A DNA stretch of 64,000 nt, taken from IMG/VR virus record IMGVR_UViG_2874854922_000002; one strand, written 5' to 3'. The DNA is from an uncultured virus (IMG/VR IMGVR_UViG_2874854922_000002). Taxonomy: Duplodnaviria > Heunggongvirae > Uroviricota > Caudoviricetes. The notes under the pieces were generated by a model that was given only the letters and a program-made list of their open reading frames with translations, made no database searches and was not told where the DNA came from. Both the position numbers and the translations under genes were made by a program. This document shows positions 18,809-28,002 of this stretch, piece after piece; the stretch's first letter is position 1, and the number at the start of each line of letters is the position of its first letter.

Positions 18809-19236
18809 AAAAATATTTACGTTCCCTGATGTTCGATGCCCTGCTGGCACTGGTTCTGCTTTGGGGGCTGGCATCGCCGCAAAGCGCAGCCGTTAATTTT
18901 GTCGCCGCATGGGCGCTGTTTGGCTGTTTTGTCTGCATTACGGCGAGCCTCGCCGGGGTGGTTGCTTATGAGCACTGGCTGCGAAATACGAGCAAAAATA
19001 TTCCCGTCAATCCAGACCTGATGAAAGTATTTCGCGCCGTCTTTTGCCGTAAACCCTCTCAGGGGCGTCGGGCATGGTCTCTCATTATTTTCTCTGTTAC
19101 CACGGGCTGTCTGCTCGGGGCTGGCTGGATCCTAACGGCGCTGCTCTACCTGCTTTGTGTTCTGACCTTTAAGGCCGTTCGCGAGACTTACCGCCAGCGC
19201 ATAGAGGGGGCTGGCCTGTGTCCAGAGTCATTGTGA
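18805..19236 (+). CDS. lysA: LysA-like membrane protein (putative antiholin)
   Basis: About 4 hydrophobic segments, between endolysin and lysB; absent from prophage 2. Confidence 0.65.
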   Translation: MKKYLRSLMFDALLALVLLWGLASPQSAAVNFVAAWALFGCFVCITASLAGVVAYEHWLRNTSKNIPVNPDLMKVFRAVFCRKPSQGRRAWSLIIFSVTTGCLLGAGWILTALLYLLCVLTFKAVRETYRQRIEGAGLCPESL

Positions 19237-19646
19237 TGTTTCTGGCCTCTGCGCTGGTGCTGGCTGTGCTCGGGCTGCTGTGGTTGCGCCATGATAACGG
19301 CAATTTATCCCGCTCCTTTGAGACGGCAAACCGCGTCGCGAGCGAACAAAAGACGACGATTGGCATGCTGAAAAATCAGCTCAGTGTTGCCGGTCAGCTT
19401 GCCAGACGTAATGAATCCGCGCAGGTGGCACTGCGCGAACAGCTCGCAAAGGCAAGCGCAGAAGCCAGCCGCCGCGAGCAGACGATAACGAGGTTACTTA
19501 ATGAAAATGAAGCCTTTCGCCGCTGGTATAACGCTGCTCTGCCTGACGTTGTGCGTCGGCTGCACATCCGCACCGCCTGCGCCAGCGCCGGTGATTGTGG
19601 TCAACGGATGCCCGAGGGTGAGCCTTTGCCCGATGCCGGGAAGTGA
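19218..19646 (+). CDS. lysB: i-spanin
   Basis: N-terminal TM plus coiled coil, LPDVVRRL. Confidence 0.88.
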   Translation: MSRVIVMFLASALVLAVLGLLWLRHDNGNLSRSFETANRVASEQKTTIGMLKNQLSVAGQLARRNESAQVALREQLAKASAEASRREQTITRLLNENEAFRRWYNAALPDVVRRLHIRTACASAGDCGQRMPEGEPLPDAGK

Positions 19647-19791
19647 CCCGAAAACCAATGGCGACCTGAGCGCAGATATCCGCCGCCTTGAGGGCGCGCT
19701 GACCGCCTGCGCGCTGCAGGTTAAAACCGTCAAACACTGTCAGGATGAACTCGATGCAAAAGCACAAAAGCCTGCGCAAAGCGCTGATTAA
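19501..19791 (+). CDS. lysC: o-spanin lipoprotein overlapping lysB
   Basis: Lipobox-like LCVGC, Pro-rich, shifted frame. Confidence 0.85.
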   Translation: MKMKPFAAGITLLCLTLCVGCTSAPPAPAPVIVVNGCPRVSLCPMPGSDPKTNGDLSADIRRLEGALTACALQVKTVKHCQDELDAKAQKPAQSAD

Positions 19792-20221
19792 CGCCGTGCC
19801 GCAGCTCCGAAACAACCCCGATATGCTGCGCCTGTTTGCCGACAACGGCCATACCGATTCCCGACTGGCGAGCTCGCTGTCGTTTGAAAAGGTGTACGTG
19901 CTTAACGTGGTGGTGACCGACTTCACCGGCGACCTCGATTTGATATTCGTGCCGGTGCAGGCGTGGCTGCGTGAACATCAGCCGGACATTATGACCACCG
20001 ACGACGGCCGGGAAAAAGGATTCACCTGGATTATTGATATCAATAACGACGATTCGCTTGATATCAGTATCAGTCTGAGGCTCACCGAGCGCACGCTCGT
20101 CAAAGAGGTCGATGGCGCGCTGCACGTCAGCTATGCCCCTGAGCCGCCGCTGCCAGAGCCGGTGACGCGCCCGGTCGAGCTGTACGTTAACGGTGAACTG
20201 GTGAGTAAGTGGGATGAGTGA
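19754..20221 (+). CDS. R: Tail completion protein R
   Basis: SLRKALINAVP...LRLTER. Confidence 0.9.
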   Translation: MQKHKSLRKALINAVPQLRNNPDMLRLFADNGHTDSRLASSLSFEKVYVLNVVVTDFTGDLDLIFVPVQAWLREHQPDIMTTDDGREKGFTWIIDINNDDSLDISISLRLTERTLVKEVDGALHVSYAPEPPLPEPVTRPVELYVNGELVSKWDE

Positions 20222-20663
20222 GTTAACCGCGCTGCAGGAACGCCTTGCCGGTCTGATTGCCAGCCTGTCGCCAGCGGCGCGTCGGCAAATGGCGGCTGAG
20301 ATTGCGAAAAAGCTGCGTACCAGCCAGCAACAGCGCATAAAGCGCCAGCAGGCACCAGACGGCACCCCGTATGCGGCGAGAAAACGCCAGCCGGTGCGGA
20401 GCAAGAAAGGCCGCATTAAGCGCGAAATGTTCGCCAAACTGCGCACTAACCGTTTTATGAAAGCCAAAGGCAGCGACGGTGCGGCGGTGGTGGAGTTTAC
20501 CGGCAAGGTGCAGCGCATGGCGCGGGTGCATCAGTACGGCCTAAAAGACCGGCCAAACCGCAACAGCCGGGATGTGCAGTACGAGGCGCGCCCGTTGTTC
20601 GGTTTCACCCGCGACGATGAGCAGATGATTGAAGACGTCATTATCAGGCACCTCGGCAAATAA
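20214..20663 (+). CDS. S: Tail completion protein S
   Basis: QQAPDGTPYAARK, ARVHQYG. Confidence 0.92.
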   Translation: MSELTALQERLAGLIASLSPAARRQMAAEIAKKLRTSQQQRIKRQQAPDGTPYAARKRQPVRSKKGRIKREMFAKLRTNRFMKAKGSDGAAVVEFTGKVQRMARVHQYGLKDRPNRNSRDVQYEARPLFGFTRDDEQMIEDVIIRHLGK

Positions 20664-20731
20664 ATATTGTGTGAACCACCACCGGAGCCGCGCGAATTGG
20701 CGCGACTCCAGACCAGAGGCATCCTTGCACT

Positions 20732-21367
20732 ATGAATACGTTATCCACGATACAGGAGCTCGCGCGCGCGATTCGCAACCTCATCCGCTCAGGTGTGGTG
20801 ACTGAGGTTGATACCGTGAAGGGGCTGTGCCGCGTACAAAGCGGCGGGATCCAGACTACATGGCTGAACTGGCTGACCACCCGCGCCGGTCGTTCGCGGA
20901 CGTGGTGGGCTCCCTCGGTCGGTGAGCAGGTTCTGCTGCTGGCAATCGGTGGCGAGCTTGATACCGCTTTCGTGCTGCCGGGTATTTTCTCCGACGATAA
21001 CCCCGCCCCGTCTGCCTCGGCGGATGCGTGGCATGTGGCTTTCCCTGATGGTGCGGTCATTGAGTACGAGCCCGAAACCGGCGCGCTGACGGTCAGCGGC
21101 ATAAAAACGGCCGACGTGACGGCATCGGAGTCCATCACCGCAACCGTACCGCTGGTACTGGTGAAAGCCTCGACCAGTATCACCCTAGACACCCCGGAGG
21201 TGATTTGCACCAATAAGCTGACGACGGCGACGCTTGAGGTGCAGAAAGGCGGCAAGATGAGCGGCAATATCGAACATACCGGCGGGTCACTGTCGTCTAA
21301 TGGCAAGGTACTCCACACCCATAAACACCCGGGCGACAGCGGCGGGCAAACGGGGGCACCGTTATGA
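20732..21367 (+). CDS. V: Baseplate spike
   Basis: NLIRSGVV, WWAPSVGEQV, C-terminal HTHKH. Confidence 0.94.
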   Translation: MNTLSTIQELARAIRNLIRSGVVTEVDTVKGLCRVQSGGIQTTWLNWLTTRAGRSRTWWAPSVGEQVLLLAIGGELDTAFVLPGIFSDDNPAPSASADAWHVAFPDGAVIEYEPETGALTVSGIKTADVTASESITATVPLVLVKASTSITLDTPEVICTNKLTTATLEVQKGGKMSGNIEHTGGSLSSNGKVLHTHKHPGDSGGQTGAPL

Positions 21368-21711
21368 CGGCGCGCTATCAGGGTATGAACCGAAATACCG
21401 GCCTCGGCATCAGCGACACTGAGCACATCAGCCAGAGCATGCGCGACATACTGCTGACGCCGGTCGGCTCGCGGGTGATGCGCCGTGAATATGGCTCGCT
21501 TCTGTCGGCGCTGATTGATATGCCGCAAAACCCGGCGCTCAGGCTGCAAATTATGGTGGCGTGCTATTCGGCTATCCAGAAGTGGGAGCCGCGCATCAGG
21601 CTTACCGCCATCAACTTTGAGACCGGCGACGCTGGCGAAATGTATGTCGATATTACCGGGACGCGTACCGATACCGGTGCGTCAGTTTCAACCACTGTTT
21701 CACTGAGTTAA
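21364..21711 (+). CDS. W: Baseplate wedge (gp25-like)
   Basis: DILLTPVGSRVMRREYGS, WEPRI. Confidence 0.94.
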   Translation: MTARYQGMNRNTGLGISDTEHISQSMRDILLTPVGSRVMRREYGSLLSALIDMPQNPALRLQIMVACYSAIQKWEPRIRLTAINFETGDAGEMYVDITGTRTDTGASVSTTVSLS

Positions 21712-21717
21712 ATCACT

Positions 21718-22626
21718 ATGGCAACCGTTGACCTGAGTCAGTTACCCGTTCCCGATGTGGTTGAGGAACTGGACTATGAAACTATCCTTGCGGAACGCAA
21801 AGCGATACTGATTTCGCTATATCCCGAAGACCAACAGGAGGCCATTGCCCGGACGCTCACACTTGAGTCAGAGCCGATTGTTAAGCTGCTGCAGGAAAAC
21901 GCCTACCGGGAGGTTATCTGGCGACAGCGCGTCAACGAAGCCGCGCGCGCGGTCATGCTGGCCTACGCCACCGACGCAGACCTCGACCAGATAGGCGCAA
22001 ATTACAACGTCGAGCGCCTTGTCATCACGCCTGCAGACGATACGACGTTACCGCCGACGCCTGCCGTGATGGAGTCGGACACCGACTACCGGCTGCGCAT
22101 TCAGCAGGCTTTTGAGGGGCTGAGTACCGCAGGCTCTACCGGCTCTTATCAGTTTCATGGCCGCAGCGCTGACGGGCGGGTCGCCGATATTTCGGTCATC
22201 AGTCCCGAGCCTGCGTGTGTCACGGTCACTGTGCTGTCCCGCGAAAATAACGGGATAGCTTCTGACGAGCTGCTCGCCATCGTGCGTGCCGCCCTGAACG
22301 ATGAGGATGTCAGGCCGGTCGCTGACCGCGTGACCGTGCAGTCGGCGAACATTGTCGACTATAAAATCACCGCATCGCTTTACCTTTACCCTGGCCCCGA
22401 AAGCGAGCCGGTGCTCAGCGCGGCAAAAACTAAGCTGCAGGCGTACATCACCGCGCAGCACCGGCTCGGGCGCGATATCCGCAAATCAGCGATTTATGCC
22501 GCGCTCCACGTCGAAGGCGTGCAGCGTGTCGAGCTGGCAGAACCGGTGGCCGACATCGTGCTCGATGACACGCAGGCGTCATGGTGCAGCGAGTACAGCG
22601 TGACTATCGGAGGCAACGATGAATGA
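21718..22626 (+). CDS. J: Baseplate J
   Basis: VDLSQLPVP, ESDTDYRLR, VRPVADR. Confidence 0.95.
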   Translation: MATVDLSQLPVPDVVEELDYETILAERKAILISLYPEDQQEAIARTLTLESEPIVKLLQENAYREVIWRQRVNEAARAVMLAYATDADLDQIGANYNVERLVITPADDTTLPPTPAVMESDTDYRLRIQQAFEGLSTAGSTGSYQFHGRSADGRVADISVISPEPACVTVTVLSRENNGIASDELLAIVRAALNDEDVRPVADRVTVQSANIVDYKITASLYLYPGPESEPVLSAAKTKLQAYITAQHRLGRDIRKSAIYAALHVEGVQRVELAEPVADIVLDDTQASWCSEYSVTIGGNDE

Positions 22627-23149
22627 TACCCGCCTGCTGCCGGTGGGTTCATCACCGCTTGAGGTGGCGGCGGCGCGCGCCTGCGCTGAGATTGAAAATA
22701 CCCCCGTTCCGCTGCGTCGCCTCTGGAGTCCTGACGACTGCCCGGCAAATCTGCTGCCGTGGCTGGCGTGGGCGTTTTCCGTTGACAGCTGGGATGAGAA
22801 CTGGCCGGAGGCCACAAAGCGGGATGTGATCCGCGCGGCGTGGTTTATCCATGCCCACAAGGGAACGATTGGGGCTGTGCGTCGCGTGGTGGAGCCGCTC
22901 GGCTACCTGATTAACGTGTCCGAGTGGTGGGAAACTAACGACCCGCCCGGCACGTTTCGCCTCGATATCGGTGTGTTAGAGACCGGCATCACCGAGGAAA
23001 TGTATTACGAAATGGAACGGCTCATCGCGGATGCCAAACCAGCCAGCCGCCACCTTATCGGCCTGACTATCATTCAGGACATTCCCGGCAACCTCTACAC
23101 CGGAGCCCTGACCTATGACGGCGACATCATCACGGTTTATCCCGGATAA
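22619..23149 (+). CDS. I: Baseplate/tail protein I
   Basis: LLPWLAWAFSVD, HKGT. Confidence 0.94.
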   Translation: MNDTRLLPVGSSPLEVAAARACAEIENTPVPLRRLWSPDDCPANLLPWLAWAFSVDSWDENWPEATKRDVIRAAWFIHAHKGTIGAVRRVVEPLGYLINVSEWWETNDPPGTFRLDIGVLETGITEEMYYEMERLIADAKPASRHLIGLTIIQDIPGNLYTGALTYDGDIITVYPG

Positions 23150-23160
23150 GTGAGAGAACA

Positions 23161-25191
23161 ATGACAGTGAAATACAAAACGGTCATCACCAAAGCTGGTG
23201 CAGTTAAGCTGGCCGCAGCGACCGTCCCTAACGGTAAAAAAGTGAATTTTACGGCGATGGCCATCGGTGACGGTGGCGGCACGCTGCCAGTGCCTGACCC
23301 GAACCAGACAAAGCTCGTCAAAGAGGTCTGGCGTCACGCGCTGAACAAAATCAGCCAGGACAATAAAAACAAAAATTATGTCGTGGCGGAGCTGCTTATC
23401 CCGCCGGAGACCGGCGGTTTCTGGATGCGTGAAATGGGGCTTTATGATGATACCGGCACGCTGATTGCGGTCGGTAACATGGCCGAAAGCTACAAGCCAG
23501 CGCTGGCAGAGGGGGCAGGCCGTGCGCAGACCGTGCGTATGGTCATCATGGTAAGCGACATTGAGTCGGTCGAGCTCACGATTGACACCTCAATGGTGAT
23601 GGCAACGCAGGACTACGTTGACGACAAGCTCGCGGAGCATGAGCAGTCCCGCCGTCACCCTGACGCCACGCTCACAGCAAAGGGTTTCACGCAGTTAAGC
23701 AGTGCGACCGACAGCACGTCTGAGAGCGTCGCAGCAACGCCGAAAGCGGTAAAGGCGGCGTATGACCTTGCTAAGGGGAAATATACGGCTCAGGACGCCA
23801 CCACGGCGCAAAAGGGTATCGTCCAGCTCAGTAGCGCGGTAGACAGCGCGTCTGAGAGCGTCGCAGCGACGCCAAAAGCGGTTAAAGCGGCTAACGACAA
23901 TGCAAATAGCCGTTTACCGCTTGCGGGCGGCTGGCTGACAGGCGGGTTTGGAATTAAAACCTCTATTGGCAGCGTGTCGTTTGGGGTGGGTAACTCTGAT
24001 GTGTATATCGCTAACGGTGCGTCGAATAAGTTTCTGCAACTGAAGCATACGGGCGAGCTGAAGTACGACGATAAGGCTATCTACCATGAGGGGTATAAAC
24101 CCACCGCCGATGATGTCGGCGCGTTACCGGCCAAAGGTACAGCGGAAGCCGCAAAGAAACTCGCCACCGCGCGAAAAATTGCCGGAGTGGCTTTTGATGG
24201 TACGTCCGATATCAGCCTGAAAACGTCGAATCTGGATGATGCGGGTACGGCGGCCGCAAAAGATGTAACCACCTCCAGCACCGATACCACATCCGGGCGA
24301 GTATTGAAGGTGGGTGATTTTGGTCTCGGTGCTATTGCCGGTGTTAACGTGTCAGATGCCAATAACATTAACTACAACGGCTTTTTCAATTTGAGTGCTG
24401 ATGGTATTCATGGCCCGGTTGCGAATCAGGTCTCAGAGCTGATTCATTGCCAGTACAACCAGAATACTGGTCGCCAGATTGGCTGGCGTGCAGCTCGCCC
24501 CGATGAGCCATTACGCCACCGCACAAAAATGAACGGCGAGTGGCAGGGCTGGATTAAGCTCTACGATTCAAATAACCCGCCCACGGCTGATGAAGTCGAT
24601 GCCGTTTCAGCGTCAAAGGGGGGCACTTTCCTGAAAGAGGTCACTTTCTCTGAAGGCGTGAAAATCAGGAATAGCACGGGGATTTATCAGGGCGAGGATA
24701 GCGCAGGTTTTTCCAGTAATAACCTGATGCTGAAATCATGGAACGGTATCGGATTCTATTGCACCCTCACCGGGAGTGAAGGGGTCACGGTCTTTGTCGA
24801 TACCCGTGGCGGAAATCTGGAAGCGAAATGCCAGATTAAGCCGGGCAACTATGAGAATTTCGATAACCGGTTTTATACCAAGTCGCTGGCTAACAGCACT
24901 TTCCAGAAGGTCAATACCGCATCAAAAGGGTCTCGCGGATGGTTTAAAGATTCAAACACGGGAATGATTTTTCAGTGGGGGATTGAGAGCGTTAGCGGGG
25001 CAACCACGCGGACATTCAGTTTCCCGGTTTCGTTTCCGACTGGTTGCGCATCGTTGACGGTATCAAACAACATCGAGCGAACGGCTGGCGAAAACTCAAT
25101 GACGGGATTTATTAAATCGGCATCACAATATTCCCTGTCAAATACTGCCGCAACAGATCGCCAGTTATGCTGGTTTGCAATTGGTTATTAG
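23161..25191 (+). CDS. H: Tail fibre
   Basis: P2 H N-terminus, two QLSSA...AATPKAVK repeats, C-terminal QWG...FP...WFAIGY domain. Confidence 0.94.
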   Translation: MTVKYKTVITKAGAVKLAAATVPNGKKVNFTAMAIGDGGGTLPVPDPNQTKLVKEVWRHALNKISQDNKNKNYVVAELLIPPETGGFWMREMGLYDDTGTLIAVGNMAESYKPALAEGAGRAQTVRMVIMVSDIESVELTIDTSMVMATQDYVDDKLAEHEQSRRHPDATLTAKGFTQLSSATDSTSESVAATPKAVKAAYDLAKGKYTAQDATTAQKGIVQLSSAVDSASESVAATPKAVKAANDNANSRLPLAGGWLTGGFGIKTSIGSVSFGVGNSDVYIANGASNKFLQLKHTGELKYDDKAIYHEGYKPTADDVGALPAKGTAEAAKKLATARKIAGVAFDGTSDISLKTSNLDDAGTAAAKDVTTSSTDTTSGRVLKVGDFGLGAIAGVNVSDANNINYNGFFNLSADGIHGPVANQVSELIHCQYNQNTGRQIGWRAARPDEPLRHRTKMNGEWQGWIKLYDSNNPPTADEVDAVSASKGGTFLKEVTFSEGVKIRNSTGIYQGEDSAGFSSNNLMLKSWNGIGFYCTLTGSEGVTVFVDTRGGNLEAKCQIKPGNYENFDNRFYTKSLANSTFQKVNTASKGSRGWFKDSNTGMIFQWGIESVSGATTRTFSFPVSFPTGCASLTVSNNIERTAGENSMTGFIKSASQYSLSNTAATDRQLCWFAIGY

Positions 25192-25202
25192 GAAGATAAA
25201 AG

Positions 25203-25607
25203 ATGAATTATTATTTTTCGGAATCAGAGCTGGGATTCTATTGCGATGAAGTGAATGAATCCATGCCGGTTGATGCGGTGAGAATCGAGGAGGCGCTGTA
25301 TTTATCTGTGCTCGAAGGGCAATCAATGGGGAAGGTGATTGGCGCAGATGCGGAGGGAGCACCTGTCCTGGCCGACCCGCCGGAGCCATCAGCAGAGGAG
25401 CTAATCGCACAGGCAGAAGAAACCCGAACTGCACTGATGCAGGAGGCCAACGCCAGAATCATACCACTGCAGGATGCTGATGAACTCGGGATTGCCACCG
25501 ACGAAGAGACAGCATTACTCACTCGCTTGAAGCGTTACCGGGTGATATTAAACCGGCTCGATATGAGCTCCGCACCTTTGATAGAATGGCCTGACATGCC
25601 TGTCTGA
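25203..25607 (+). CDS. G: Tail fibre assembly chaperone
   Basis: PLQDADELGIATDEE...IEWP (Tfa-like). Confidence 0.88.
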   Translation: MNYYFSESELGFYCDEVNESMPVDAVRIEEALYLSVLEGQSMGKVIGADAEGAPVLADPPEPSAEELIAQAEETRTALMQEANARIIPLQDADELGIATDEETALLTRLKRYRVILNRLDMSSAPLIEWPDMPV

Positions 25608-25610
25608 CCT

Positions 25611-25636
25611 GAGCCCTCCACACCCGGAGGGTTTTT
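25611..25636 (+). terminator. Intrinsic terminator after G
   Basis: CCCTCC...GGAGGG plus T run. Confidence 0.75.
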
Positions 25637-25642
25637 ATTGAT

Positions 25643-25660
25643 TGTGTTGTTTCCTATACA
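25643..25660 (+). promoter_or_regulatory. Late promoter activator site for FI
   Basis: TGT-GTTGTTTCCTAT-ACA. Confidence 0.7.
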
Positions 25661-25730
25661 GGGTCATTAGATCGCACAATGCATTTTATGGACTGAAAAT
25701 ACACTCACCATTAACCTCGGAGTTTAACGG

Positions 25731-26918
25731 ATGAGTGATTTTCACCACGGCGTACAGGTGCTTGAGATTAACGACGGCACTCGCGTCATTTCCACTGTAG
25801 CAACCGCAATCGTCGGCATGGTCTGCACGGCCAGCGATGCGGATGCCGCGACATTCCCCCTCAACGAGCCGGTACTGATTACCAATGTGCAGAGCGCCAT
25901 TGCGAAAGCCGGTAAAAAAGGCACGTTGTCTGCTTCCCTGCAGGCTATCGCCGACCAGTCAAAACCAGTCACCGTTGTCGTGCGCGTTGCCGAAGGTGTC
26001 GACGATGACCCGGATGCAGCTCAGGCGCAGACCATTTCTAATATCATCGGCGGCACGGATGAGAACGGTAAATACACCGGTATCAAGGCGCTGTTGACTG
26101 CCGAAGCTGTCACCGGCGTTAAGCCGCGCATTCTCGGCGTGCCGGGTCTCGATACGCAGGAAGTCGCAACCGCACTCGCGTCGGTCTGTATCAGCCTGCG
26201 CGCCTTTGGCTATGTCAGCGCATGGGGCTGTAAGACCATTTCCGAAGCGATGGCCTATCGCGAGAATTTCAGTCAGCGCGAGCTGATGGTCATCTGGCCT
26301 GACTTCCTCGCATGGGACACCACCACTAACGCCACCGCAACAGCCTACGCCACCGCTCGCGCGCTCGGCCTGCGCGCCTACATCGACCAGACTGTCGGCT
26401 GGCACAAAACCCTTTCTAACGTCGGCGTGCAGGGTGTCACCGGCATCAGTGCGTCAGTCTTTTGGGATTTGCAGGCATCCGGCACCGATGCTGACCTGCT
26501 CAACGAGGCCGGGGTCACGACGCTGGTGCGCAAGGATGGTTTCCGCTTCTGGGGTAACCGCACCTGCTCTGATGACCCGCTTTTCCTGTTTGAGAACTAC
26601 ACCCGCACCGCGCAGGTGCTGGCCGACACGATGGCCGAGGCGCACATGTGGGCGGTCGACAAGCCCATCACCGCATCGCTTATCCGTGACATTGTCGACG
26701 GTATTAACGCCAAATTCCGCGAGCTGAAATCAAATGGCTACATCGTGGACGGTGAATGCTGGTTCGACGAGGAATCGAACGATAAGGAAACCCTCAAGGC
26801 CGGGAAACTGTATATCGACTACGACTATACGCCGGTTCCACCACTGGAAAGCCTGACCCTGCGCCAGCGTATCACCGATAAATATCTGGTGAATCTGGCC
26901 GAATCGGTCAACAGCTAA
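25731..26918 (+). CDS. FI: Tail sheath
   Basis: FHHGVQV, GFRFWGNRT. Confidence 0.96.
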   Translation: MSDFHHGVQVLEINDGTRVISTVATAIVGMVCTASDADAATFPLNEPVLITNVQSAIAKAGKKGTLSASLQAIADQSKPVTVVVRVAEGVDDDPDAAQAQTISNIIGGTDENGKYTGIKALLTAEAVTGVKPRILGVPGLDTQEVATALASVCISLRAFGYVSAWGCKTISEAMAYRENFSQRELMVIWPDFLAWDTTTNATATAYATARALGLRAYIDQTVGWHKTLSNVGVQGVTGISASVFWDLQASGTDADLLNEAGVTTLVRKDGFRFWGNRTCSDDPLFLFENYTRTAQVLADTMAEAHMWAVDKPITASLIRDIVDGINAKFRELKSNGYIVDGECWFDEESNDKETLKAGKLYIDYDYTPVPPLESLTLRQRITDKYLVNLAESVNS

Positions 26919-26933
26919 GGAGCCTGAAATAAC

Positions 26934-27452
26934 ATGGCACTACCCCGCAAACTCAAATATCTGAACATGTTCAACGACGGTCTGAGCTACATGGGCGTTG
27001 TTGAATCCGTGACGCTGCCGAAGCTGACCCGCAAGCTCGAAAACTATCGCGGCGGCGGTATGAATGGTGCGGCGGCGATAGACCTCGGCCTCGACGACGA
27101 TGCGCTTACCGTCGAATGGTCTGTCGGTGGCCTGCCTGATGTGGCGCTGTGGGCGCAGTACGCCGCGCCGGGAGCTGACGCCGTGCCGCTGCGATTTGCT
27201 GGATCCTACCAGCGCGACGACACCGGCGAAATCATCGCGGTCGAGGTGGTCATGCGTGGCCGTCACAAAGAAATCGACGGCGGCGAAAATAAGCAGGGTG
27301 AAAACACCTCGACCAAACTGTCGACCGTTTGCACCTATTACCGCCTGACGATTGATGGTAGCGACGTCATCGAAATCGACACCGTCAACATGGTCGAGAA
27401 GGTGAACGGCGTCGACCGTCTGGAACAGCACCGCCGCGCAATCGGGCTGTAA
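26934..27452 (+). CDS. FII: Tail tube
   Basis: MALPRKLK, YRGGGM. Confidence 0.96.
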   Translation: MALPRKLKYLNMFNDGLSYMGVVESVTLPKLTRKLENYRGGGMNGAAAIDLGLDDDALTVEWSVGGLPDVALWAQYAAPGADAVPLRFAGSYQRDDTGEIIAVEVVMRGRHKEIDGGENKQGENTSTKLSTVCTYYRLTIDGSDVIEIDTVNMVEKVNGVDRLEQHRRAIGL

Positions 27453-27514
27453 TTCCCTGACCGGTCAGCATGGCTGGCCGGTTATTAATCCCCTTTCAGA
27501 GCAGAGAAAAAATC

Positions 27515-27850
27515 ATGGCAAAAGCACCACGTAAAACCGCTGAATTTGTTGATACGGCTGGCAATGAAATTGACACCGTAAACCCGAACGTCGTGACCCT
27601 CGACAAGCCGATTAAGCGCGCCGGTCAGACGATTGATAAAGTCACCCTGATTGAGCCGAACGCCGGTACCCTGCGCGGCGTCAGTCTGGCGGCGGTGGCG
27701 CAGTCCGAGGTCGATGCGCTGATTAAAGTGCTGCCCCGCATGACCTATCCCGCGCTCACCACGCAGGAGCTAACCGCGATGAACCTGCCCGATATGCTGT
27801 CGCTGGCCGCTAAGGTGATTGGTTTTTTGTCACCGGCTTCGGCGGAGTAG
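27515..27850 (+). CDS. E: Tail assembly chaperone E
   Basis: LDKPIKRAG, GTLRG. Confidence 0.9.
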   Translation: MAKAPRKTAEFVDTAGNEIDTVNPNVVTLDKPIKRAGQTIDKVTLIEPNAGTLRGVSLAAVAQSEVDALIKVLPRMTYPALTTQELTAMNLPDMLSLAAKVIGFLSPASAE

Positions 27851-28002
27851 ACTTCCCGCCCGACCTGTCGACCGATGACCTGATGGCGGATATCGCGGTG
27901 ATATTCCACTGGCCGCCATCAGAGCTCTATTCCCTGAGCCTGACCGAGCTCATCACATGGCGCGAAAAGGCGCTGCAGCGTAGCGGAAACCACAATGAGT
28001 AA
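27823..28002 (+). other. -1 frameshift site (TTTTTTG, 27823-27829) and E' extension to TAA 28002
   Basis: -1 frame reads ...MADIAVIFHWPPSEL...WREKALQRSG, as in P2 E+E'. Confidence 0.85.

Noticed and set aside
20644..21549. Long minus-strand ORFs (also 19730-20518, 16980-17708, 55904-56788)
   Set aside because: Antisense shadows of GC-rich structural genes
23680..23900. Direct repeat in the H gene as a DGR or recombination substrate
   Set aside because: Ordinary tail-fibre peptide repeat; differences are not adenine-specific and there is no reverse transcriptase in the window
27823..28002. Frameshift between E and E' as a pseudogene or novelty
   Set aside because: Known programmed -1 frameshift of P2-family phages, present in both prophages
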